Source: an uncultured delta proteobacterium (GTDB lineage Bacteria; Desulfobacterota; Binatia; Binatales; Binataceae). Taken from it: DNA of 64,000 nt. The position numbers and the translations under genes were made by a program. Below the pieces are notes generated by a model. It ran no database searches, was not told the origin of the DNA, and saw nothing but the letters and a program-made list of their open reading frames with translations. Each line of letters opens with the position of its first letter. The stretch's first letter is position 1. This document shows, in pieces, positions 35,822 to 45,066 of the stretch. The stretch lies in contig CAVWMC010000003.1 in assembly GCA_963756005.1 (NCBI GenBank), forward strand, positions 261,158 through 325,157, read 5' to 3'.

Positions 35822-37672
35822 TCACTCGCGCGGGCGGCGGCCCGGCCGACGGGCGCGCGGCGCTTCGGCCTGTGGTTTTGACACAAGATCAGACTCGGCC
35901 GCGTCGTAATAGTTGGCCAGCACCTGCGTCGTCGCGCCAGCCGACTCGACGGTGTAGCGCCCGGCCTGCATCGGACGGATTCGCACGCGGCCCCAATTGT
36001 CGGCGGTAACCGTGTGCACAGTCGCGTCGGGATAGGTGATGCGCGCGGTTGCAGTCGCGGGCACGCTCACATCGGCGCCGGTCGGCACGATCAGAACATC
36101 GCGCGGCGCGGTCAGTTGCTTCATCAGATCGACGGTCATCACCAGCGAGTCGAGGTGATCGGGCGCGAGCAGCAGATGATTGCGCACGTCGAAGGCGAGC
36201 ACACCGGCGGGACCGGCCGCGGCGCGTCCGAAGGCGGCAATCGGAATCGACGGATGGCCCGGAGCGGCCGCGGTCGCGAGCAGATCCATCCATTCAGGGA
36301 TCGCGATAATGCGCGTCGCGCCGAGCGTCAGAGATTCGAACGCCGGCGATTCTCCCGCCGCGTCGTCGCGAATGTCGGCGCTCGCGACTGTACCATCGAC
36401 GGAAATTCCAATTCCGTTCTTCGCGGCCTGCGGCGGATAAATAAGCAACGTGGACGCCGCCTTGACCGCGGGCAGATAGCAGTCGTGCATCACTGCCAGT
36501 TCGAGCGGCTGCGCATTCGCCGCGGATGGCGCGACGTACTTTGCGGGATCGGCGGTCTCGATCTGGAAATTCGCGTTGACCGCGAGCAGCACGCGCGCGA
36601 GGTCGTCGCGCACCGCGGCATCGGGCGACAGCACCAGCACGCGCGCCGGGAGATCGAACGGCGCATACGCATAGCGGCTGTTGTCGGCGGCGATCGCGTC
36701 GGGAGTCAGAATTCGCGCTTGCAGCAGACCGCCGGTCTTGAGCGGACCGAACGCCGCAATCACCTGTTCGCGCGGCGCCAACATCATCGTCTGATGGAAC
36801 TGCTCGCTGTCGCCGAGATCGAGCGCGAGTTCGGCGGCATGGGGCCGCGCGGAGAAATTACGAATCACCACGCGGCCGCGGGTCGAGCCCGGGATTCCCG
36901 GATCGAGCGAGACGATCGCGAGGTTCGCGTCGTCGGCGCCGACCTGATGAAACTTCATGCGCGAGGTCGCGGCGACGTCGGCCAGCAGGATCGGCGCGGG
37001 CGGCCGATCGGCAAACAGATCGATCTCCGACGCGCCATGCGCTCGAATCAGCGCGGCTCTGAGAGCCGCCGTCCGCGCCGGCACCGCCATCGGAACCAGA
37101 TCGGCGAGCGACCGGCGCAAGTCGGTCAGGTTCGCCGTCGGCGGATGGCGCACCTGCGCTTCGAGGGCGTACGCGATGACGCTGAACTCGTCGCCAACCG
37201 GCGCTTGATTGATTACTTCCAGCGCCGCGCGACGCGCCAGCTCGATTCGCGTAGTCGAACCGTCGCGCGCGCTCATCCCGGCGCCCAGATCGAACACCAG
37301 CGCATGAATGCGGCCATGACCGGGCGACGGCGGCCGCATCACGTAGAGTCCCGCGATCGCAAATGTAAGCGCGGCCAGCGTCGCCATCTCGAGCCAGAAC
37401 AGCGGGTCGATCCGCACGTGGCGGACGCTCGCCACCGGCGCCGGCGCTTCGTCGAACAGCATCAGGCTCGACACTTCGATCGTCGGACGCGAGCGCGAGC
37501 GCAGATAAATCAGCACCAGCAGCGCGAGGCTGAGTCCGTAAATGATGTTGTGCGGATTCAGCAGACCCACGGCTATCTCACAATTCCGAGCAGCGGCAGT
37601 TCGCGTTCCATAAAACTGTCGAGATTGTCCGCGCCGAAAGCCTGCGCATAGGCAATCGCGTGCGCGGTGCAA
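35822..37672 (-). CDS. BatA-like vWA protein with aerotolerance-regulator N-terminal TM domain
   Basis: LLNPHNIIYGLSLALLVLIYL (Bat N-terminal domain) and vWA ALVFDLGAGMSARDG. The true start is probably internal (GTG/TTG). Confidence 0.75.
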   Translation of the reverse strand: MHRARDCLCAGFRRGQSRQFYGTRTAAARNCEIAVGLLNPHNIIYGLSLALLVLIYLRSRSRPTIEVSSLMLFDEAPAPVASVRHVRIDPLFWLEMATLAALTFAIAGLYVMRPPSPGHGRIHALVFDLGAGMSARDGSTTRIELARRAALEVINQAPVGDEFSVIAYALEAQVRHPPTANLTDLRRSLADLVPMAVPARTAALRAALIRAHGASEIDLFADRPPAPILLADVAATSRMKFHQVGADDANLAIVSLDPGIPGSTRGRVVIRNFSARPHAAELALDLGDSEQFHQTMMLAPREQVIAAFGPLKTGGLLQARILTPDAIAADNSRYAYAPFDLPARVLVLSPDAAVRDDLARVLLAVNANFQIETADPAKYVAPSAANAQPLELAVMHDCYLPAVKAASTLLIYPPQAAKNGIGISVDGTVASADIRDDAAGESPAFESLTLGATRIIAIPEWMDLLATAAAPGHPSIPIAAFGRAAAGPAGVLAFDVRNHLLLAPDHLDSLVMTVDLMKQLTAPRDVLIVPTGADVSVPATATARITYPDATVHTVTADNWGRVRIRPMQAGRYTVESAGATTQVLANYYDAAESDLVSKPQAEAPRARRPGRRPRE

Positions 37673-38478
37673 ATCTCGCGGACGCGCGCCGCGATCTTTT
37701 CGACTTTGCGCCGAATCGCGGCGACGGTGGTCGAGTCGAGCGCGGTCTCGCGCACTTCACCGGTCTCGGCGTCGCGGATTCGATACAATCCCGGCGGATA
37801 GGCGGCGGTGCTCTCCTGCTCGCCCATTACGTGGACAACTTTTACGTCGTGCCGCGCCGCGACCAGCCGCTCGAGCGCATCTTCGAGGTCGCCCTCGTTG
37901 ACCAGAAAATCCGAGATGACGACGACCGTGCCGGCCGGCCGGCGCTGCAGCAGCAGTTCATCGACGGCGGCGCCAAGCCGGGTCTCGCCGCTCGCGCGCA
38001 CCGAGGTCACGAACGGCTTGAAGTTGAGATACGACTCGCGGCGGCGATGGAACGGCGTCGCTTCGAGCCGCATCGACCCGCGATGCATCGCGAACGCGCC
38101 GATTCGCACCGCGTCGTTGTCGGCCATCCCGATGTACGCCAGCGACGCGCCGATCGCGAGCGCGAGGCCGAGCTTGTCGTCGCGCTCGGGCAATCCCATC
38201 GAAGCGCTCGCGTCGATTAGCGAGGTGACCTCGACCTGCCGATCGGCGCGATAGGTGCGCAGCATCAACTCGTCGAGCCGCGCAAAGGCGTTCCAGTCGA
38301 GGAAGCGCAAATCGTCGCCGGGCGCGTATTCCTTGTAATTTTCCGGCTCGATTCCGAGTCCCTGCACGCGGCCCAGCGCGCGCTGGCCGGCGCGTACAGT
38401 GCGCGCGCGCTTGATGCCCAACACCAAGCGGTCGAGCTTGCGCAAATATTCGGGCTCGAACGCGCGCGTCTCGAGCAT
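37573..38478 (-). CDS. DUF58 domain protein (MoxR-associated)
   Basis: DUF58 core (GDDLRFLDWNAFARLDELMLRTY) and a vWA-like fold. Start chosen at MLETRAF. Confidence 0.85.
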   Translation of the reverse strand: MLETRAFEPEYLRKLDRLVLGIKRARTVRAGQRALGRVQGLGIEPENYKEYAPGDDLRFLDWNAFARLDELMLRTYRADRQVEVTSLIDASASMGLPERDDKLGLALAIGASLAYIGMADNDAVRIGAFAMHRGSMRLEATPFHRRRESYLNFKPFVTSVRASGETRLGAAVDELLLQRRPAGTVVVISDFLVNEGDLEDALERLVAARHDVKVVHVMGEQESTAAYPPGLYRIRDAETGEVRETALDSTTVAAIRRKVEKIAARVREICTAHAIAYAQAFGADNLDSFMERELPLLGIVR

Positions 38479-38488
38479 CGTCGCTAAC

Positions 38489-39529
38489 CTATACTTTCGC
38501 GGCGCGAACCGACTTGATGACGCGCTCGACAATGTGCGCGGCGTCGATTCCGTCGGAGAGCGCGGCGTAGTTGAGCATTATGCGATGGGCCAGCGCGGCG
38601 ACCGCCACGTGATCGATATCCTCGCGCGCGATGTTGGCGCGGCCGTCGAGCAGCGCACGCACCTTGGCGCCCAGGATCAGAGCCTGCGCGCCGCGCGGAC
38701 TCGAGCCGAACATCACGTAGCGATTGACCATCTCGTCATGCACGGCCCTGGCCTCGTCGGTCACGAAGCGCGAATTCTGCGGCTGCGTCGCGCGCACCAA
38801 TCGCGCCGCGTAAATCTCCATCGCGGGCGCCGCCATCACTTCGCGCACCAATTTTTTCAGCCCCTCGACTCGTTCGGCCGCTTCGTCGGCGTGGAATATC
38901 GGCTCGATGCCCGCATCTTCAGGCCCGGTGGTTGAAGAGATGATTCGCGTCAATTCGCCTTCGTCAGGATAGTTCAAGCGGACTTTAAACAGGAAGCGAT
39001 CGAGCTGCGCCTCGGGCAGCGGATAGGTGCCTTCCATCTCGATCGGATTCAGCGTCGCCATCACGAAGTACGGCGGCTTGAGGCGATAAGTCGTGCCCGA
39101 CACCGTGACCTGCAACTCGGCCATCGCCTCGAGCAGCGCCGACTGCGTCTTGGGCGTCGCGCGATTGATCTCGTCGCCGAGCAGGATATGGCAGAACGCC
39201 GGCCCCGGCTGGAAGGTGAATTCGCGGCGGCCGTCGTCGCCCGACAGGATCACGCGCGTGCCGGTGATATCCGCCGGCATCAGATCGACGGTGAATTGAA
39301 TTCGATTGAAGCTCAGGTTGAGCGCGAGCCCCAGCGTCTTGACCAGCGTGGTCTTGCCGGTGCCGGGGACGCCTTCGATCAGCACGTGACCGCCGGCGAA
39401 GAGCGCCGAAAGCAACTCCTCGACGGCCTGCTCATGGCCGATGATCAGCTTGTGAATCTCGGCCTGGATACGCCGGAACGTCCGGGCGAAATCCGCCACC
39501 GTCGGCGTTTCCGCCTGTACCTCGTTCAT
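38489..39529 (-). CDS. MoxR-family AAA+ ATPase
   Basis: Walker A GVPGTGKT. Overall MoxR architecture and length. Confidence 0.95.
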   Translation of the reverse strand: MNEVQAETPTVADFARTFRRIQAEIHKLIIGHEQAVEELLSALFAGGHVLIEGVPGTGKTTLVKTLGLALNLSFNRIQFTVDLMPADITGTRVILSGDDGRREFTFQPGPAFCHILLGDEINRATPKTQSALLEAMAELQVTVSGTTYRLKPPYFVMATLNPIEMEGTYPLPEAQLDRFLFKVRLNYPDEGELTRIISSTTGPEDAGIEPIFHADEAAERVEGLKKLVREVMAAPAMEIYAARLVRATQPQNSRFVTDEARAVHDEMVNRYVMFGSSPRGAQALILGAKVRALLDGRANIAREDIDHVAVAALAHRIMLNYAALSDGIDAAHIVERVIKSVRAAKV

Positions 39530-40896
39530 CGTTCGAACACCCGCTTGATCGTAGTTCGGTCGTCGGCCGGCACCGCCGCGCGCGCCACCGGCTCGTCCGG
39601 CGCCTGGTTCGTGCTCAGCGGAGTGCGCACTTTGGGCGGCACGTAGGCGCGGCCGGCGCCCTTCGCGCCGTGATCGACGGGCCGCGCTTCGATTGCAATC
39701 TCGAAGCCCTCGCTGCCGAGCTTCGAGGCCGCCGGCGCGCCGAACAGGCTGTCGGGATCGGCGCCGATTCCATGCGCCGCGCCGCCGTTGCTGCTGTTCT
39801 CGCCGCTTTGCTGGATGCTGCGATCGGAGGGGCTGTCGTCCTTGTTGAGACTGTCCCTGCCGGCGTTGGACTCGATGCTCGCGTCACCGTTGCCGGCCGG
39901 TGACGGCTGCGAATTCGGCTCGCGCGAATCATCTTCGGGCGGCAGGTCTATCGCGGGATTGGACTTCGGTTGATCCTGCGTGAACTGTCCGGCGGTTTCG
40001 CCGTGCCGATTCTTCGGCGCATCGGGCGCGCGATGGATTTCATTTTGATCCTGATCGCGGCCCTCATCGGCCAGCCGCAAGTTGAGCCGCTGCTTCGAGG
40101 CCGTCTGCTGCCCGGTAAGTTTGTTCTGTAGATTCCCGGCCATGTCGCGCGCGCGATTCATCAGTTGATTGAGCGAATTGCCGTTCACGTCGCCGCCGCC
40201 GGCACCTTCACGGGCAAGCTTGTCCTCAAGGCGGCGCATGGTCGCCGGATCGGCGGTGACCTGCATCCCCGACTGATCGCCCGGATCAGCGGGCCGCAGA
40301 TGCAGGTCGTCGAGATCGACAGTCAGGTCGTCCTGGCCGTTGCTTTGGGCGATTTGCGGCGCGCGCCTGATTTTCGATAGCGGGAACGCCAGCGCCGCCA
40401 GCACGATTGCGGCCGCCAGCGGATAGATCGCACGCGATACGCGCCGGCGCTCGATCTTCGACGCGGCGAACTCGTCATGATGGCCGAGAGTATCTTCAAC
40501 CAGGTACGACCACAGCGGGCCGCGCGTTTCGGTGTCGGCGAGCGCGACGATGGTCGAGAGACGCCCCTTGAGCTCGGCACGATCATCGGCAATCGCCGCC
40601 GCTCGGGTCGCACTGGCGCGCATTTGCCAGCCAGCCGAGAACGCGCTCACGATTCCGCTGATCGCGATAACGACCAGCACCGATCCGCCGACAAGGAAAG
40701 TGAGCGGCGGCAGCATGAAGGCACCGGCGAAAATAGCGGCGCCGCATGCGATCGCGATCGCGAGCGTGTAGAAAATCGCATGCTGCAACGCCAGCGAGTT
40801 GATCCGCATGCGAACGGATCCGACCCGGCCCAGGATTTGCCCGAGTTTCTCGTCCGCCCGCTTGTCTGATGAGGAAAACGACATCGATGGCGCCAA
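39526..40896 (-). CDS. hypothetical membrane protein with a long disordered Ser/Asp/Asn/Gln-rich C-terminus (first gene of the MoxR operon)
   Basis: TM helices in the N-terminal 180 aa. 4-bp overlap with moxR. Confidence 0.6.
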   Translation of the reverse strand: MAPSMSFSSSDKRADEKLGQILGRVGSVRMRINSLALQHAIFYTLAIAIACGAAIFAGAFMLPPLTFLVGGSVLVVIAISGIVSAFSAGWQMRASATRAAAIADDRAELKGRLSTIVALADTETRGPLWSYLVEDTLGHHDEFAASKIERRRVSRAIYPLAAAIVLAALAFPLSKIRRAPQIAQSNGQDDLTVDLDDLHLRPADPGDQSGMQVTADPATMRRLEDKLAREGAGGGDVNGNSLNQLMNRARDMAGNLQNKLTGQQTASKQRLNLRLADEGRDQDQNEIHRAPDAPKNRHGETAGQFTQDQPKSNPAIDLPPEDDSREPNSQPSPAGNGDASIESNAGRDSLNKDDSPSDRSIQQSGENSSNGGAAHGIGADPDSLFGAPAASKLGSEGFEIAIEARPVDHGAKGAGRAYVPPKVRTPLSTNQAPDEPVARAAVPADDRTTIKRVFER

Positions 40897-40989
40897 GCGC
40901 GAGAGTCTAGGTTAGTTTAGCTCCACAAGTGGCGCAACGATAAATCTCGCGCCGCCGATGGTTGCCGTTCCCGCGCTGGAAGCGGTCAG

Positions 40990-41160
40990 GTCAGAACGTC
41001 CAGCCGACGATCGATTTCAGAAATATCCCGTTGCTCGCCCGCGTCAGCCCAATGCCAACGCCGAGATTCAGCTCGAGCTGCGGCAGAAGATAAAAATTCA
41101 GCGCCGGCACAATGTAACGCTGCTGCTCATCCACCTTCGCCAGCGGCTGGATCAAGCCCA
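40990..41160 (-). pseudogene. orphan C-terminal fragment of an outer-membrane beta-barrel gene
   Basis: Minus-strand translation ...MGLIQPLAKVDEQQRYIVPALNFYLLPQLELNLGVGIGLTRASNGIFLKSIVGWTF* has an OMP-like C-terminal strand ending in Phe. Only ~56 codons; no upstream gene body. Confidence 0.4.
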
Positions 41161-41274
41161 TGTCGCCGTAGGATCGCGTGCGACGGACCCGCCGTCGCGA
41201 GCATCGCGGATATACATATAAGGAGCGCGCAAATCTGGCGGACGTATTTGATTACGCGCGCCTCGCGGATTCCC

Positions 41275-42171
41275 TCAGTGCGATTCCTTGAGCCCGGCGT
41301 CGTCGGCCGCTCCCAGAGCGATCGCGGACCAGTCCAGATCGGCGCGCCCCTTGGCAATCGCCGAGATGAATCGATCGCGCAGCAGGCTCGCCGTCGGCAT
41401 CGGTGCGTTGGCCGCCAATGCGGTCTGCAGCACGAGGTCAATGTCTTTCATTCCGAGCGGCAGCCGAAAGCCCGCCGGCGTAAAGCGTCCATGCGCGATG
41501 ATTGGACCGTAACCCTGGTACACCGGCGCCGCAAAGATCGTTTTCGCGAGCATCTCGAGCGCCGCCGACGCATCGACCCCGCTCTTGCGCATCATCGCGA
41601 CCGCCTCGCCCATCGCTTCGAGCGCCGCCGCTATCATGAAGTTGCCGGCGAGCTTGACCACGTTCGCCGCGCCGACGTTATCGCCAAAGTCGAAGACCTC
41701 CGGCCCCATCGCGTCGAGGATCGGCTTGACCTTCGCTTTCGCTTCCGCGGATCCCGAAACGCAAATCCGCAACTGCTTCGCCTGCGCCGCGTTGGGCCGC
41801 CCGAACACCGGCGCCGCGATCATCACGCTGCCGTGCGACGCGTGATACTCGGCCAGCTCGCGCGTGGTCGCCGGCGACACCGTGCTCATCGAGATGTGAA
41901 TCCCGTCGGGCGCAAGATGCTCGGCGAGCGCATCCTCGCCAGTCACCAGCGCCTTGAGCGAGGCGTCGTCGGCCAGCATCGAGACGACGACTCCGCCCGG
42001 ATGCGCGACGTCGCCGGCGCGCACCGCGCGATGCGCGCCCTTCGCGACGAGCGGCTCCGCCTTCGACGCCGTGCGGTTGTAAACCGTCAGATTGAATCCC
42101 GCGGCGAGCAGGTTCGCCGCCATCGGCAAACCCATCGCACCCAGCCCGACGAATCCGATTTTCTGTGTCAT
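41275..42171 (-). CDS. NAD(P)-dependent 3-hydroxyisobutyrate dehydrogenase family oxidoreductase
   Basis: GFVGLGAMGLPMA Rossmann motif and a 6-phosphogluconate-dehydrogenase-like C-terminal domain. Confidence 0.9.
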   Translation of the reverse strand: MTQKIGFVGLGAMGLPMAANLLAAGFNLTVYNRTASKAEPLVAKGAHRAVRAGDVAHPGGVVVSMLADDASLKALVTGEDALAEHLAPDGIHISMSTVSPATTRELAEYHASHGSVMIAAPVFGRPNAAQAKQLRICVSGSAEAKAKVKPILDAMGPEVFDFGDNVGAANVVKLAGNFMIAAALEAMGEAVAMMRKSGVDASAALEMLAKTIFAAPVYQGYGPIIAHGRFTPAGFRLPLGMKDIDLVLQTALAANAPMPTASLLRDRFISAIAKGRADLDWSAIALGAADDAGLKESH

Positions 42172-42213
42172 AAAATTCAACCTACCACGCGCGGCGAATG
42201 TGGCAATGAAGTC

Positions 42214-42912
42214 TCAGCGCGAGTGAATGACTCCGATGCGAGGGCACACCGACGCGATTTTGCATCGCGAGCACCACGGCGACGTCGGATGGCAAATCGT
42301 CTGCCCGAACGCGACCAGGATTCCGTTGTATTCAAGCCAGTGCCGCGCCGGCAACACCGCGCGTAAGGCAATCTCGGTCTTGTCGGGAGTCTTGGTGCGC
42401 ACGAGGCCCCATCGATTCGAGATGCGATGCACGTGAGTATCGACGCAGATGCCCGGCTTCCGGTACGCCTCGGTCACGACCAGGTTGGCAGTCTTGCGGC
42501 CCACACCTTTTAATGTCAGCAGCGCGTCGATCTCGTCGGGCACGCGTCCGCCGAATTTGTCGATCAGGTCGCGGCAAATTCCGCGGATGACGCGCGCCTT
42601 GGTGCGATAGAAACCCACCGGAAAAATCAGCCGCTCGACTGTCTTCGGCGACAGCGCAAGCATCGCGTCGGGCGTATGCGCCTTCTCGAACAGCCTGCTC
42701 GACGCCGCCGCCGTTGTCGCGTCCTTGGTGCGCAGACTCAGGATGCACGAGATGAGCGTGCGGAACGGATCGCGATGCTGAATCGCGATGAATCCCACGA
42801 TCGGCGCATTCCACGACGGCGCCTCGCGCCTGAGCACTCGCAGCACGCGGCTGACCCCGCGCGCATCGAGCGCCGCGCGCCCCGTCGTTTCAGGTTTCGT
42901 CCGTGATGCCAT
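42214..42912 (-). CDS. nth: endonuclease III
   Basis: HhH-GPD motif LKGVGRKTANLV and the 4Fe-4S cluster ligands C-x6-C-x2-C-x5-C. Confidence 0.9.
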   Translation of the reverse strand: MASRTKPETTGRAALDARGVSRVLRVLRREAPSWNAPIVGFIAIQHRDPFRTLISCILSLRTKDATTAAASSRLFEKAHTPDAMLALSPKTVERLIFPVGFYRTKARVIRGICRDLIDKFGGRVPDEIDALLTLKGVGRKTANLVVTEAYRKPGICVDTHVHRISNRWGLVRTKTPDKTEIALRAVLPARHWLEYNGILVAFGQTICHPTSPWCSRCKIASVCPRIGVIHSR

Positions 42913-43047
42913 CTCGATCGCTCAGGTAGTGAAGCTCCTGATGAGGAGAGCAACGCTACTGCCCCAACTAATCACTTTTCGCAAGCGTTGTTTGGCCCTG
43001 TTGCTTTTAGCCGCCGTATGGTAAATTAATCGCACTTGGTGAATAGC

Positions 43048-43441
43048 ATGAAGCAGACAAAATTACTGGTCACAGCAATGTTTGCAGCTATAGCGCTCGC
43101 GACTCGCTAGTCCCGTCTTCGCCAGCGGCGCCAATCGCGCATCTGCCGTGCGCGGCGCAAACTACGTCGCCCGCAACGGCGCCATGGGAAATCGCGCGGG
43201 TATGAGAGCCGGCAACCGCCGATTCTTCAACAACCAGTATCCCTATTACTCGCCCTACGGATACGGCTATGGCTACGGATACGGCAACCAGGTTTACCTG
43301 AATCCCGATGAGGCCGACTGGTCCGAACAATGGGGTTCGCTCTACCAGGACAACAACGGCCCCTACGCAAGATCCGCCCAACGTGGAAACCCGCTAGGCC
43401 CGTCGCGCGTTTGGAATATTCCGGACGGGCCGGACAAGTAG
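43048..43441 (+). pseudogene. small secreted Tyr/Gly-repeat protein, split by a frameshift between the signal peptide and mature region
   Basis: ATG at 43048 encodes MKQTKLLVTAMFAAIALATR then a stop. The adjacent frame continues (R)LASPVFASGANRASA... into the 43148..43441 ORF (YGYGYGYG repeat). A 1-nt shift near 43100 joins them. Confidence 0.5.
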
Positions 43442-43593
43442 GGTTCACTAGATCGATCAAGCTCGGAGCATCGCGACGGCGAACGCGCGCGATGTTCCGG
43501 TTAAAGTCTGATCTTCGCACCTCGGATGGTTGACGGCGCGCTCGCGACCGTGTTCCTTCATGGCGTGATCGAAATCTTCGACCTCGGCCTGCG

Positions 43594-45066
43594 ATGACCC
43601 GCGCTATTGCCGCCGCATACCTGTTGGCGTCGCTGGCGCTCCCCCGCCCCGCTCTCGCCGCATCGCCGTCGGCTACGCCCAACGTCCTGCCTGCGGAGTC
43701 CATCGGCGTCAGGCCGGCGCCGCCGCCGCAGCCGATCAATTGGGACCGCGTCACGCAGGAAGCGACCGAGCTGCTGTCGAAGTACATCCAGCTCGACACG
43801 ACCAATCCGCCCGGCAACGAACGCGACGCGGCGCGGATGCTCAAGGAAAAATTTCTTACCGACGGCATTCCCGCCACCACCTGGGAGCCGCTGAAAGGCC
43901 GCGGTATCGTCGCCGCTCGCCTGCGCGGCATCGGCAAGCATACCAAGTCGATCATTTTGTTGAGTCACATGGACGTGGTGCCCGCCAATCCCAAGGAATG
44001 GGAGGTGCCGCCGTTCTCGGGCCTCGTCAAGAACGGCGAAATATGGGGCCGCGGCGCGCTCGACGACAAGGGCCCCGGCGTGATCGAGCTGATGGCGATG
44101 CTCGCGATCAAGCGCGCGGGCATCCTGCTCAACCGCGACGTGCTGTTTGTCGCCACCGGCGACGAGGAAGAAGGCGGCCGAAACGGCGCGGGATGGTTCG
44201 TCGATCACGAGGCGAGCGTCTTCGCCGACGCCGGCTTCCTGCTCAACGAGGGCGGCGGGATTCACGCGCTGGCGGACAACAAGCGCAAAGTTTACGTGGT
44301 GTCCGTCACCGAGAAGACGCCGCTGTGGCTGAAGCTCACCGCCAGCGGCCCAGCGGGGCACGCGTCCGATCCGCCGGCCGAGACCGCGGTCACGCGGCTG
44401 GTGCGCGCACTCGATAAATTGAGCCAGTACAAAACGGCGATCCACGTGATCGGCCCGGTGCAGGATTACTATCATACGATGGCGATGCTCGATCACGGGC
44501 CGAAGGAGCAGCTCGATCTCGCCGCCGCGCTGAAGGACCCCGCTTATCAGAACAAGTTCCTTTCCGATCCCAGCCAGAATGCGCGCGTGCGCGACACCAT
44601 CACGCCCACCGTGCTCTCCGCCAGCCAGAAGACCAACGTGATTTCCGAGACGGCGTACGCTGAAGTCGATTGCCGGCTGCTGCCGGGCAGCGATCCCAAG
44701 GCGGTCATGAACGACATCAAGAAAGCGCTCGGCGACGACTCGATCAAGATCGACACGATCCTGAACTTTCCGCCGATCTCGTCGCCCTCGCGATCGCCAC
44801 TGATGACTGCGATCGATTCGCTGGCCCGCGTGCACGACCAGGCCGGCGTGGTGCCGTCGATGGTCATCGGGTTCACCGACAGCCATTACTTCCGCCAGAA
44901 AAAAATCGTCTCTTACGGATTTATTCCAATCGAAGTTCTCCCGGCCGAGGGCAAAGGCATTCACGGCATCAACGAACGAATCGGGGTGTCGGAACTCGCC
45001 GACGGAATCCAGCGGATGGTACAGTTGCTCAGGATTTTCGGAGGGCAGAAACAGGTGTCGCGATGA
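43594..45066 (+). CDS. M20 family metallopeptidase (dipeptidase-like), secreted
   Basis: Signal peptide. SHMDVVP, GRGALDDKG and EEEGG metal-binding motifs. Confidence 0.9.
   Translation: MTRAIAAAYLLASLALPRPALAASPSATPNVLPAESIGVRPAPPPQPINWDRVTQEATELLSKYIQLDTTNPPGNERDAARMLKEKFLTDGIPATTWEPLKGRGIVAARLRGIGKHTKSIILLSHMDVVPANPKEWEVPPFSGLVKNGEIWGRGALDDKGPGVIELMAMLAIKRAGILLNRDVLFVATGDEEEGGRNGAGWFVDHEASVFADAGFLLNEGGGIHALADNKRKVYVVSVTEKTPLWLKLTASGPAGHASDPPAETAVTRLVRALDKLSQYKTAIHVIGPVQDYYHTMAMLDHGPKEQLDLAAALKDPAYQNKFLSDPSQNARVRDTITPTVLSASQKTNVISETAYAEVDCRLLPGSDPKAVMNDIKKALGDDSIKIDTILNFPPISSPSRSPLMTAIDSLARVHDQAGVVPSMVIGFTDSHYFRQKKIVSYGFIPIEVLPAEGKGIHGINERIGVSELADGIQRMVQLLRIFGGQKQVSR

Noticed and set aside
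36014-37651. 545-aa plus-strand ORF
   Set aside because: Antisense to the BatA-like vWA gene. Arg-rich low complexity.
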